From: an uncultured Acidimicrobiia bacterium
GTDB lineage: Bacteria > Actinomycetota > Acidimicrobiia > Acidimicrobiales > AC-14
Assembly: GCA_963836205.1 (NCBI GenBank)
Contig: CAWIIV010000006.1
Span: 416,001 to 480,000, forward strand
DNA length: 64,000 nt
Direction of reading: 5' to 3'
This document shows positions 7,177 to 17,129 of the stretch, piece after piece. Numbering within the stretch: position 1 is the stretch's first letter; each line of letters starts with the position of its first letter. The position numbers and the translations under genes are program-made. The notes under the pieces were generated by a model that was not told where the DNA came from, made no database searches, and saw nothing but the letters and a program-made list of their open reading frames with translations.

Positions 7177-8684
7177 ACCTCGACCTCGTGGATCCGGAAG
7201 TAGCGGAACCGGCCGATCCAGCTCGGGAGCTCGGTCGCAGCCGGGTCGTCGTCGACGGAGACCGCCAGGTGGATGTCGCCGTCGATGTCGTGGAAGACGC
7301 CCTCCACGGTGGCTGTGAGGCCCACCAGGAACATGTCCTGGGCATCGGAGCGGTTGCCGGGGTGGAGGCGCACCTTGGCCCCCTTGCCCACCTGCACGCC
7401 GCTCAGCCGGGTGGTGTCCTCGAACGGCTTGTAGCGGGCGTCGGTCTCGGCGTCGAGGCGGACGTTGCCGATGAGGCCGTCGGCGTCGGTGCTGAAGGTG
7501 GGGAAGTCGTCGCCGTTCCCAGCCAGGCCGCCACCAAACTCGTTGGCGAAATCGGAGCCGAACGGGGCCATGTCGCCCGTGCCGAGCCCGGAGTCGACCT
7601 CGTCGTCGTCCTCGTCGTCGTCGTCGTCGACCACGGCGTTGCCGGGGAGGGGGATGGAGCGCAGCGACCGGATGGCGCCGTGGAGCTTCTCCATCATCTC
7701 CGGGGGCATGTTCTCGACCCGGTCCATGATGGCGGCCGACCGGGGGTCGGTGCCGCGGGCCTCGGCCCGCTCCTCCTCGGTCAAGGTGTTGACGAAGAGG
7801 TGGAGCATCTCGTCGACCTCGGTGGCGTCGTAGAAGTCGCCTTCGCTCTCAGGAGCGATCTCCGGGTAGTCGGACAGGGTGATCGGCGACGACAGGATCG
7901 TGTTGCGGTGGTCTTCGTCGCCGATGAGGCACGGCCAGGTGCCGGCGTTGACGCAGCCGGCGACGGCCGGCTTGGCGAACTCGGGCGGGTCGGCCAGGGA
8001 GATGAACGAGCCGTTGCGCACCTCGAGGAGGGTGTGGACGGCCGCCATGCAGTAGCGGACGAACTCCTCCCGGGCCGCCCCGTGCTTGGCCCAGTCGGTG
8101 AGGTTCTCGATGACGACCCGGACCTTGACGATCGAGAACGGGCTGTCGTCGCGCTCGGCGCTGACCCGGGCCACGGCCGTGAGGGGCACCGTCTCCCGGA
8201 TCATGCGGCCGACGAGGGTGCCTTCCTTGTCGGTGATGTCCTCGGTGGAGTGGGAGGCGGGGAAGTCGAGGGGCATGTCGCGGCCATGGGCGACGAGATC
8301 GGCCAGCGGCACCTCGGCCAGGTCGATCTCCTCCTCGATGGCCTCCTGCCAGTCGGTGATGATGCGGTCGTCGACGGTGAGCGACGCCACCGGCCGGAAG
8401 TAGCGGTCGCCCGCATCGGTCTCGACCAGCGCCTCGACGCTGCGGGACTGCACCCGCAGGAAGCGCAGCTTGACGTCGAGGACGGGCTCCCGGCTGGAGT
8501 CGACCAGGACCTCGGTCTGCATCGACCACCGCTCACCGGGGTCGAGCTCGGCCACCGACTTGGGGGCGACCACGCCGAACTGCCAGCGGACCTGGCTCTT
8601 GAGGCTCTTGGCCCGGTACGGGAACAGGACGTAGCCCTCGTAGAGGACGGCGTCGGCCACCCTGCGGGCGTCGGCCAGGCTCAC
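7164..8684 (-). CDS. Conserved hypothetical protein of group 1h hydrogenase clusters
   Basis: ADAVLYEGYVLFPYR...VRWQFG N-terminus, LSSPITLSDYPEIAPES core, DAQDMFL...GRFRYF C-terminus. Confidence 0.8.
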   Translation of the reverse strand: MSLADARRVADAVLYEGYVLFPYRAKSLKSQVRWQFGVVAPKSVAELDPGERWSMQTEVLVDSSREPVLDVKLRFLRVQSRSVEALVETDAGDRYFRPVASLTVDDRIITDWQEAIEEEIDLAEVPLADLVAHGRDMPLDFPASHSTEDITDKEGTLVGRMIRETVPLTAVARVSAERDDSPFSIVKVRVVIENLTDWAKHGAAREEFVRYCMAAVHTLLEVRNGSFISLADPPEFAKPAVAGCVNAGTWPCLIGDEDHRNTILSSPITLSDYPEIAPESEGDFYDATEVDEMLHLFVNTLTEEERAEARGTDPRSAAIMDRVENMPPEMMEKLHGAIRSLRSIPLPGNAVVDDDDDEDDDEVDSGLGTGDMAPFGSDFANEFGGGLAGNGDDFPTFSTDADGLIGNVRLDAETDARYKPFEDTTRLSGVQVGKGAKVRLHPGNRSDAQDMFLVGLTATVEGVFHDIDGDIHLAVSVDDDPAATELPSWIGRFRYFRIHEVEVLSQ

Positions 8685-8694
8685 GAGCCAAACC

Positions 8695-9441
8695 TCACGA
8701 GGAGGCCCCGTTGCCGGTGGCGCCGTTGGAGGGCGCCCCGACCTCGGCGCCCTCGGCGGCCTTGGCCGCCTTGGGCTCGGGCGCACCGGACGCGTCCATC
8801 AGCCCGTTGGGCAGGTCGGCCTCGCCCAGGAGGACGTCGAACGTGCGCTCCCAGGAGGTGAGGCCCCGGATGGTGCGGAAGCGCTCCAGCTTGTCCATGG
8901 TGGCCCGCTCGAAGCGGATCCAGGCCTGGCCCGGGAAGTAGATGTCCATCACCGCTCGCCAGATGCCCGAGGGCAGGCCGAAGCGGGCCTCCTTGTTCCA
9001 CGGCACCGGCTCGATGGAGAAGCCGGACTCCCCCTTGGAGATGATGGTGCCGTTGAACAGCAGGTTGACGGGCACGTCGCCCGTCTCGATGGCGTGCAGG
9101 AACTTGGTGGAGGCCAGCTCCCAGTCGTAGGTGAGCGGCACCTGGATGTCGATCTCGACGCTGTCGGTGAACTGGGTGACCATGGTGCCCACCGTCGACC
9201 AGAAGAAGGGCTTGAGCGTCTGCCCCCAGCGCTCGCGCTCTCCGAACTGGGCGAGGAGGCGCTGCTCCTCCTCCGGCTCGTAGCGGCGGCGCTGGGGCTC
9301 GATCATGATCTGGGTGCGGAGGGCGACGGCGTAGATGCTGTCGCCGCTCGTCTCCGAGATGCGCACCTTGAACGTGATCGTCGGTGCGGCGCAGAAGCGC
9401 TCGGGCGCGACGCCGACGACCTCGAACTCGAGATCGCTCAC
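8695..9441 (-). CDS. DUF6084-family hydrogenase accessory protein
   Basis: GTGA overlap with the upstream gene; LRTQIMIEPQRRRY, FGERERWGQTL and VPWNKEA motifs. Confidence 0.8.
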   Translation of the reverse strand: MSDLEFEVVGVAPERFCAAPTITFKVRISETSGDSIYAVALRTQIMIEPQRRRYEPEEEQRLLAQFGERERWGQTLKPFFWSTVGTMVTQFTDSVEIDIQVPLTYDWELASTKFLHAIETGDVPVNLLFNGTIISKGESGFSIEPVPWNKEARFGLPSGIWRAVMDIYFPGQAWIRFERATMDKLERFRTIRGLTSWERTFDVLLGEADLPNGLMDASGAPEPKAAKAAEGAEVGAPSNGATGNGASS

Positions 9442-10145
9442 GTTTGGCTCGTGACAGCCGGCTGTGCTCGCCCTCGGACTCGAGTGAAGAAGTCGGCCAT
9501 GGCCTGGTGGGCCTCGGTGCCGCCGTCGAAGCCCCGCCACAGGCGGCGGAGGTACCCCACCAGCTCGTAGCAGGCGTCGATGGGCACGATGAAGGACTCG
9601 TCGGGCCCGGAGCGGTCGCCCACCCGCACCAGCAGGGCCTCGATGTCGGCCTGCATGGTGGTGAGCACGGGGTTGGACTCGGCCATCTCCGCCCAGGTGT
9701 CGACGGGCAGGAGGGACTCGGTGGCGCCGGCGGGGCTGGGGTAGAAGGCCACCAGCTGCTCGGCCTCGGAGTTGAAGAAGAAGAACGCGGTGCTGACCGG
9801 GATCTGCAGGTTGTCCCACTGGTTGGGGGTCAGGGCCACCTTGTCCATCGACACGTAGCGGTCGGGGACGGCCTTGTAACGCCCGCCTCCCGCCCCACCG
9901 GAGGTGAAGAGCAGGTAGCACGGGCGGCAGGCGCAGAGCAGGCTGCGGCTCTCGATGTTGACGATGTGCGGGTGTTCGTCGGGGACGTCGACCGCGCACA
10001 TCTCGCACTTCTCACCGGGTCGGGGGCGAGGCTTCGGTTGCAGCAGCTTCTCGATGGCTGCGAACGGCCGGGCCTCTTCCTTCTCGCCCCCCTCGGGGTT
10101 GAGCGCCCGGAACGAGCCGAGCCGTAGAAAGTCAGGATTCGACAT
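9438..10145 (-). CDS. DUF5947-family hydrogenase accessory protein
   Basis: CEMC...HPH...LLCACRPC, FYPSPAGATESLL and VPIDACYELVG motifs. Confidence 0.85.
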   Translation of the reverse strand: MSNPDFLRLGSFRALNPEGGEKEEARPFAAIEKLLQPKPRPRPGEKCEMCAVDVPDEHPHIVNIESRSLLCACRPCYLLFTSGGAGGGRYKAVPDRYVSMDKVALTPNQWDNLQIPVSTAFFFFNSEAEQLVAFYPSPAGATESLLPVDTWAEMAESNPVLTTMQADIEALLVRVGDRSGPDESFIVPIDACYELVGYLRRLWRGFDGGTEAHQAMADFFTRVRGRAQPAVTSQT

Positions 10146-10150
10146 GCGGG

Positions 10151-10720
10151 TTACCGGTTCGCAGCGACAGGTTTGACGCTGAGCTGGATCGGGGCCGAAG
10201 CGGGCAACGGCGCGGCCACAGGTGCGGTCGGGTCGACGTAGCCCTCCACCTGGATGTCGGTGATCTCGGGTGCAGCCTCGTGGATCGCCTGCTCGACGGA
10301 GAGCTTGAGGGTGACCGACGACGACGGACAGCCGTCGCAGCTCCCCAGGAGGCGAACTCGCACGATTCCCTCGTTGGCGAGTATGTCGAGCAACTCGACG
10401 TCGCCACCGTGGGACTCAAGGTAGGGCCGCACCGAGTCGAGGGCCTTCTCCACACGGGTGGGAAGGTCGTCGGGGTGCAGGCCGTGGAGGACGAGCAGGC
10501 TGCTCACCAGCTCGTCATGGACGATTTCTGCGATGAGTGGAGTGGCCTCGGCGTCGACGAGGATCTCGAGGATCCGGTCGAGAGCACCGCCGTAGAGCTG
10601 TGCTACCAAGCCAAGTGCTTCCTCGGCCAGAGCCCAGGTCGCCGGCTGTGCCGACGACCTGAGCTCGCTGACCAAGTACTCAATGCGGTCACCGACCGCA
10701 CGAAGGTTCGTTGCGCTGAT
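10151..10720 (-). CDS. NifU-like Fe-S protein of the hydrogenase cluster (start uncertain, possibly ATC)
   Basis: LLVLHGLHP, VRPYLESHGGDVEL and LGSCDGCPSS motifs; frame is open back to the hhyL stop. Confidence 0.85.
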   Translation of the reverse strand: MSATNLRAVGDRIEYLVSELRSSAQPATWALAEEALGLVAQLYGGALDRILEILVDAEATPLIAEIVHDELVSSLLVLHGLHPDDLPTRVEKALDSVRPYLESHGGDVELLDILANEGIVRVRLLGSCDGCPSSSVTLKLSVEQAIHEAAPEITDIQVEGYVDPTAPVAAPLPASAPIQLSVKPVAANR

Positions 10721-10723
10721 GAT

Positions 10724-12502
10724 TTACTCCCCGGTGTTGACCATGGTGGGCGAGTGCAGCTTCTTGACCATCTTGCCCTTGCCCAGGTACATGTGCACAC
10801 CACAGGGCAGGCAGGGGTCGAAGCTACGCACGGCACGCATGATGTCGATGCCCTTGAAGTTCTCACGGCTGTTCTCTTCGAAGATCGGCGTGTTCTGCAC
10901 CGCGTCCTCGTAGGGGCCGGGAGTGCCGTAGATGTCACGCGGGTTGGCGTTCCACGGCGTCGGGGGGTACGGGTGGTAGTTGGCGATCTTGCCACCACGG
11001 ATGACCATGTGGTGGGAGAGAACGCCACGGACGGCCTCGGTGAAACCGCAACCGATCGCCTCGTCGGGGACCGTGAACGGCTCCCAGGTCTTGGTGTGGC
11101 CGGCGCGGACTTCCTCGAGAGCCTTCTCGACGAAGTACATGCCACAGCCAGCCGCGTAGGCCTGGAAGTAGGTGCGGGCCCGGTGACGCTCGATCGTGTT
11201 GGACCACTTCGGCACGTGCCACTCGAAGCTCGCCTCAGGCTTGAGGGCGGTCTTCGGGAGGTTGATGATGATGGAGTTGCCGGTTGCCTTGACCCAGCCG
11301 ATGTCGACCAGACCGGACAGCGCGATGGCCATCATCCGGGCGAAAGCACCACCACCGGTGTCGGTGGCGAGGTGGTCGCGTCCGTCGTACCAACGGGGAG
11401 CCATGACCCAGCTGTACTTGCCGTCGAAGTTGCGCTTCTGCGGCTGCGGGATCGTGTGCTGGTTCCACGGGTGGTTGCGGTCAACCGCGTTGCCCAGGGG
11501 GTCACGGTCGACGAACATCTCCTGGCCTTCCCAGCTCTCGTAGTACGAGTGGCCGAGCAGGATGCGGAGACCGAGGTTGATGTCGACCAGGTCGTTCGTG
11601 ACCAGCTTGCCGTCGACGACGATACCGGGGGTGACGAACATCGCACGTCCCCACTCGGTCATGTCGCGGTAACGGAAGTTGCACACGTTCGGGTCCTGGA
11701 AGGCGCCCCAGCAGATGGTGAGGATACGGCGCTGGCCGTTGGCCTCGTAGCCGGGCATGGCCTCGTACACGAAGTCGAAGAGGTCGTCGTGGATCGGGAC
11801 GATCTTCTTCATGAACTCGCAGTAGCGCATCAGGCGCGCCATGTAGTCCGTGATGAGCTGGATGGAAGCCGTGGTGCCCATACCACCCGGGTACAGGGTG
11901 GACGGGTGCACGTGGCGACCCTCCATGAGGCAGAACATCTCACGCGTGTAGCGGCTGACCTGCAGCGCCTCACGGTAGAGGTCACCCGAGAACGGGTTGA
12001 GGGACCGCATGATGTCACCGATGGTGGCGTAGCCATGCTCGGCGGCACCGGGGGCCTCGGTGTCGTTCGCGAGGTCCAGGACGCCGGGGTTGGTCTCCGC
12101 GAACATCTTCTCGCAGAAGTCAACGCCGACCAGGTTCTCCTGGAAGATGTTGTGGTCGAACATGTACTCGGCTGCCTCGCCGAGGTTCAGGATCCACTCA
12201 CCCAGGTGCGGGGGCTGCACGTCGTACGCCATCTGCTGGCAGTAGCACGAGCACACGCAGTGGTTGTCACCACAGATACCGCAGATGCGGCTGGTGATGA
12301 AGTGGGCGTCCCGGGGGTCCTTGCCCTTCATGAAGATCGAGTAGCCACGGAAGATCGAGGAGGTGCTGTGACACTCGACGACCTTGCCCTGGGCGAAGTC
12401 GATCTTGGTGTAGATGCCCAGGGAGCCCACGATCCGGGTGACCGGGTCCCATGCCATCTCGACGAGGTCGCTGCCGCCTCGAGTCCTTGCCCTAGCTGCC
12501 AT
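10724..12502 (-). CDS. hhyL: [NiFe]-hydrogenase large subunit, group 1h (actinobacterial high-affinity type)
   Basis: WDPVTRIVGSLG; L1 motif TSRICGICGDNH; L2 motif SFDPCLPCGVH. Confidence 0.93.
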   Translation of the reverse strand: MAARARTRGGSDLVEMAWDPVTRIVGSLGIYTKIDFAQGKVVECHSTSSIFRGYSIFMKGKDPRDAHFITSRICGICGDNHCVCSCYCQQMAYDVQPPHLGEWILNLGEAAEYMFDHNIFQENLVGVDFCEKMFAETNPGVLDLANDTEAPGAAEHGYATIGDIMRSLNPFSGDLYREALQVSRYTREMFCLMEGRHVHPSTLYPGGMGTTASIQLITDYMARLMRYCEFMKKIVPIHDDLFDFVYEAMPGYEANGQRRILTICWGAFQDPNVCNFRYRDMTEWGRAMFVTPGIVVDGKLVTNDLVDINLGLRILLGHSYYESWEGQEMFVDRDPLGNAVDRNHPWNQHTIPQPQKRNFDGKYSWVMAPRWYDGRDHLATDTGGGAFARMMAIALSGLVDIGWVKATGNSIIINLPKTALKPEASFEWHVPKWSNTIERHRARTYFQAYAAGCGMYFVEKALEEVRAGHTKTWEPFTVPDEAIGCGFTEAVRGVLSHHMVIRGGKIANYHPYPPTPWNANPRDIYGTPGPYEDAVQNTPIFEENSRENFKGIDIMRAVRSFDPCLPCGVHMYLGKGKMVKKLHSPTMVNTGE

Positions 12503-12553
12503 ATGTATGTCCTCTCTTAGGAGTCTGGTTGTCGTTCTTGACGAAGTTGCTGA

Positions 12554-13600
12554 CTAGCGCCAGGTGGGCGTGTAGCCGGTGAGGAGCTTGGTGCCCTTTG
12601 CACGCCACTTCGGCTCCTTGTCGACGGTCTTGCCGGTGACCTCGCGGAGGCCACGGATGACCGAGCCGTAGAGGCCGGAAGCCGCGGTGGAAACCTTGCC
12701 GCCCGGGGGCTCGTCCATGAAGGGCATGAACTTGTCGGGGAAGCCAGGCATGGTGCAGCCGATGCAGATACCACCGACGTTCGGGCAACCGCCCACACCG
12801 TTGGTCCAGCCACGCTTGGGGACGTTGCACTTGACGACGGGGCCCCAGCATCCGAGCTTCACGATGCACTTCGGGGAGCCGTACTCAGTGGCGAAGTCGC
12901 CCTGCTCGTAGTAGCCGGCCCGGTCACAGCCCTGGTGGACGGTGTTGCCGAACAGCCACGCGGGACGCAGCGCGTCGTCGAGCGGGATAAGCGGAGCCTG
13001 GCCAGTGGCCATGTAGAGCAGGTACAGGATCGTCTCGGACAGGTTGTCCGGGTGGATCGGGCAGCCGGGAACGTTGACGACCGGAAGACCGGCCTTCGAA
13101 CGCCAGCCCCAGCCGAGGTAGTCGGCGACGCCCATGGCGCCGGTGGGGTTACCCGACATGGCGTGCAGACCGCCGTAGGTGGCACACGTGCCGACGGCGA
13201 GAATGCCGGTGCACACGGGGGCCAGACGGTCGAGCCAGTCGCTCGTGGTCATGGGCTGGTCGGTGGCGGGGTTGTTGCCGAACCCGCACCAGTAGCCCTC
13301 GGACTTGATTGCCTCGTTCGGGATCGAACCCTCGACCACCAGCACGAAGGGCTCCAACTCGCCACGCTCGGCGCGGAAGAACCACTCCAGGAAGTCGTCA
13401 GCGCCACCGACCGGACCGCACTCGAAGTCGATCAACGGCCAGTGAACTGCGATCTTCGGAAGGCCGGGCAGTGCCTGGAGGGCGATCTCCTCGATGCTCG
13501 GCTGCGTTGCACTGGTGAGGGCTACGGAGTCTCCGTCGCAGCTAAGACCGGCCTGAATCCACAAGATGTGGATGACCGGCTCTGCGGATGCTGCTGCCAC
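12554..13600 (-). CDS. hhyS: [NiFe]-hydrogenase small subunit, group 1h
   Basis: GLSCDGDS (Asp in place of the second Cys), GTCATYGG, VPGCP, HQGCDR and GGICIGCTMPGFP motifs; no Tat signal; GTG start after GAGGGG. Confidence 0.92.
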   Translation of the reverse strand: MAAASAEPVIHILWIQAGLSCDGDSVALTSATQPSIEEIALQALPGLPKIAVHWPLIDFECGPVGGADDFLEWFFRAERGELEPFVLVVEGSIPNEAIKSEGYWCGFGNNPATDQPMTTSDWLDRLAPVCTGILAVGTCATYGGLHAMSGNPTGAMGVADYLGWGWRSKAGLPVVNVPGCPIHPDNLSETILYLLYMATGQAPLIPLDDALRPAWLFGNTVHQGCDRAGYYEQGDFATEYGSPKCIVKLGCWGPVVKCNVPKRGWTNGVGGCPNVGGICIGCTMPGFPDKFMPFMDEPPGGKVSTAASGLYGSVIRGLREVTGKTVDKEPKWRAKGTKLLTGYTPTWR

Positions 13601-13860
13601 TATGTGTACCCCCTCTTTCGGGCGCGCGTGCGCCAACTGCCGCTGGGAACCCGCTGCGCTATCGCCAACAGCGTTCTGCCGGTCAGATCTACTCCCTCCG
13701 GCACGGGCTTGTAAATAGGTGTCTTCTGACCGCTACATGGAAGGGCACTAGGTGTTCCACGTCCCCTCCGGCGGGGCACCCTAGCAGAATGTCCCGGAGC
13801 GGGCCGGGGCGGCCACGGACCGGGTTCGGGCCTGTTGCTGGTGTTACTCTTGTTGCCATT

Positions 13861-16372
13861 GTGGCGACCACGACGCCGCGCCCGAAGGCTGCGACGGGCA
13901 AGCCCTCCTCCAAAGTTTCCACCAGAAAATCTCCGTCCGGTGGTGGTTCGCGGCGGGCGGGCGAGCCTTCCAATCGTCCCGCGCCCGGTTCGGCGACCCG
14001 TCGACCGTCCGGCTCGCCGCCGCCGAAGTCGTCCTCGGGGGCCAGAAAGAAGGGCACCGCCGCCGCCCGCGGCACCGGTCCCGTCCTCGGCGGCCACGGT
14101 CCCGACCTCGCCGGCGTCACCCTGGTCACCGGCGGGCTGGTCTGTGGACTGGCTGTGTACGGCGGGCTGGCCGGACCCGCCGGGCGGGCCCTCGCCGACG
14201 GGGCCGGCTCCGCCTTCGGGCTGGGCCGCTTCGGCCTCCCGGTGGCCCTCGTCGCCGCCGGCGGGCTGATCCTGTGGCGGCGGGCGGGCAAGGAGTACGG
14301 GCGGCTGGCCGCGGGGCTCGGACTGATGACGGTGGCCGCCTGCGGGCTGCTCCACGTGTGGACCGGCGGCCCCGGCTTCGGTGCACCGGCGGCGGAGCTC
14401 CGCGACGCCGGCGGCGCGGTGGGGCTGGCCGTGGGCGAGTCGCTGCGGTCGGTGCTGGCCGGGTGGGGCGCGGCGACGGTGCTGCTCGCCGCCTTCGCCA
14501 TCGGCGGGCTGGTGGTCGGTCGCACCACGGTCCGGGCCGCCAGCCGCCACGCGGTGAACCTGGCCCGGGCCGGTCGCCGGGGCGCGACCCGCGCCGGGCG
14601 CTCCCTCTCCACCCTCGCCCCCGCCGACCGCTCGCTCGACGAGCGACGGACGACCTCGACGGGCACGACGACGACCGGCGCCGTCCGGCCGGGCCCCGGG
14701 TGTCGTCGCCGCCGGCCACGGTGCCGACGTTGGTCGTGCCGCCCCTTCCCGACGCCGTGCCGCTCCCGTCCCCGAGGCGGCCGTCGAGCCGGAGCCGCAG
14801 CCGCCGATGGCCACGCCGCCGACCGGGTCGGAGCGGCCGGGGAAGGCGGGCGGGCCCACCGAGCAGCTCGAGATCGACCTCGGCCCGGCGGCGGAGCGCA
14901 GCCCGTGGAAGCTCCCGCCACTGTCGCTGCTCAAGCTGGGCAAGGCCCAGGAGGTCGACCGGCGCCTGGTCGAAGCCGAGGGCCGCACGCTCGAAGCCGC
15001 CCTCGCTGCCCACGGGGTGGAGACCTCGCTCGTCGGCATGACCGTCGGGCCCACCGTCACCCGCTACGAGCTCGCCCTCGGTGCGGGGGTGAAGGTGGCC
15101 CGGGTCACCAACCTCCACAAGGACATCGCCTACGCCATGGCGTCGGCCGACGTCCGCATCCTCGCCCCCATCCCCGGCCGCTCTGCCATCGGCGTCGAGG
15201 TGCCCAACAAGGCCCGCCAGCTCGTCCTCCTGGGCGACATCCTCACGTCGCCCGAGGCGGCCAAGGCCTCCCACCCCCTCGAAGTCGCCCTCGGCCGCGA
15301 CATCGCCGGGCGGCCGGTATTGGCCAACCTGGCCGAGATGCCCCACGTGTTGATCGCGGGAGCCACCGGTGCGGGCAAGTCGTCGTGCATCAACTCGCTC
15401 ATCACGTCGATCCTGGCCCGGTCCACCCCCGACCAGGTGCGGATGATCCTCATCGACCCCAAGCGGGTCGAGCTGGGCCAGTACAACGGCCTCCCCCACC
15501 TGCTCACCCAGGTCGTGGTCAACCCCAAGAAGGCGGCCAACGCCCTGGCCTGGGCGGTGCACGAGATGGAGCGCCGCTACGACCTGCTGGCCGAGGTGGG
15601 CGTGCGCGACGTCACCGGCTACAACGCGGCCTACGACCGGGGCGACCTCAAGCCGAATCCTCATGAGACTGGCCCCGGCAGCGAGGTCACCTACCCCCGG
15701 CTTCCGTTCATCGTGGTGGTGGTCGACGAGCTGAACGACCTCATGATGGTGGCCGCCCGCGACGTGGAGGAGTCGATCTGCCGCATCGCCCAGATGGCCC
15801 GGGCCGTCGGCATCCACCTGGTGATCGCCACCCAACGGCCGTCGGTCGACGTGATCACGGGCGTGATCAAGGCCAACATCCCGTCCCGTCTGGCGTTCGC
15901 GGTGTCGTCGCTGGCCGACAGCCGGGTCATCCTCGACCAGCCGGGGGCGGAGCGGCTCATCGGCCAGGGCGACATGCTGCTGGCCATCGCCTCGTCCAAC
16001 GTCCCTCGGCGGGTGCAGGGGGCGTGGGTGGGCGAGGACGAGGTGCGCAAGCTGGTGGCCCACTGGCGGCGGCAGGCGACGCCCCAGTACGTCGACGGGG
16101 TGGAGGGCGAGGAGGGCGCCGCCGGCGGTGGCGCGGCGGGCGTCGAGGACGACGACGAGGAGCACCTCGACGCGGCCATGGAGCTGGTGGTGCGCTCGCA
16201 GCTGGGGTCGACCTCGATGCTCCAGCGCAAGCTCCGGGTCGGGTTCGCCCGGGCCGGGCGGCTCATGGACCTGCTCGAACGCCGGGGCGTGGTCGGCCCG
16301 TCGGAGGGGTCGAAGGCCAGGGCCGTCCTCATGACGCCCGAGGAGCTCGACGCCCTCCGGGCCCGCCAGTAG
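13861..16372 (+). CDS. ftsK: DNA translocase FtsK (apparent frameshifts near 14700 and 14770)
   Basis: N-terminal TM domain in one frame; motor domain [24 protein letters not shown] and gamma domain [18 protein letters not shown] in another. Confidence 0.9.
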
Positions 16373-16393
16373 CTCTCTGGGGCTGACACGCGC

Positions 16394-16423
16394 CGAGGGC
16401 GCCTCGTCGTTGAGGCGCCCTCG
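16394..16423. terminator. Hairpin between convergent genes
   Basis: cgagggcgcctc / gaggcgccctcg perfect 12-bp stem. Confidence 0.7.
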
Positions 16424-16445
16424 TGCGGTTGATGGGATGGGTTGG

Positions 16446-16769
16446 TCAGGCGGCGATGCGGCGGGCACCCCCGGAGCGGCGCTCGGTGGCGTCGGTGCGG
16501 CCGGATCCGAGCCAGCCGAGGACCGTCGAACAGACCCCGGCCAGCCCGCCGACGATGGCGCCGGTGGCCACCGTGCCCATCCATGACTCCCGCAGCTGGA
16601 CGCCGAAGCCGACGAAGACCGAGTAGTCGACGGCGACCATGGCCGCGACGGCAAGGGCGAACGTGAGTATCGTTCGTGTTTTGCCGATCGACGGCACCAG
16701 CTCCACCAGCAGGTCGGCGAGCTTCAAGGTCGCCAGACCGAACAGTGCGACAACGGCGAAGTGGTACAT
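16446..16769 (-). CDS. Small three-TM membrane protein of unknown function
   Basis: AGGAGG RBS; three hydrophobic segments and a basic C-terminus. Confidence 0.75.
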   Translation of the reverse strand: MYHFAVVALFGLATLKLADLLVELVPSIGKTRTILTFALAVAAMVAVDYSVFVGFGVQLRESWMGTVATGAIVGGLAGVCSTVLGWLGSGRTDATERRSGGARRIAA

Positions 16770-16891
16770 GTTGCGTTCCTCCTAGCGAAGCGCTCGTGTG
16801 CGCTCTTGCACCAAGTTCGACCGCTGGCGACTCGGCGGGGTAACACGTCGTCGGACCAACAAAGGGTCGACCCACGAAAGAGAGAGTGAGC

Positions 16892-17050
16892 ATGGCCACC
16901 TACGAGGCGTACTGCGTGAAATGCCGCGAGAAGCGGGAGTTCGAGGGCGAAGAGGTCGAGCTCAAGAACGGCCGCCGGGCCGCCCAGGGCCTGTGCCCGA
17001 CGTGCGGCACCAAGATGAACCGCATGCTGGGGAAGAAGGCGGAGGCGTAG
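16892..17050 (+). CDS. 52-aa zinc-ribbon protein, DUF5679-like (absent from ORF track)
   Basis: Hand translation: MATYEAYCVKCREKREFEGEEVELKNGRRAAQGLCPTCGTKMNRMLGKKAEA*. Confidence 0.85.
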   Translation: MATYEAYCVKCREKREFEGEEVELKNGRRAAQGLCPTCGTKMNRMLGKKAEA

Positions 17051-17129
17051 GCGCCCGCCACCGCCACCGCCTCCGCCCGCCCCGGCACCCGGGGCCGCCA
17101 TCCGGGGGACCACGGGTACGCTGGACTTC

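Noticed and set aside
10724-13600. Classifying the hydrogenase as group 1l because of the five TM genes
   Set aside because: The WDPVTRIVGSLG, L1/L2 and CDGDS motifs and the NifU/DUF5947/DUF6084 accessory genes match what I recall for group 1h, and hhyS and hhyL are adjacent; a HydDB check is still needed
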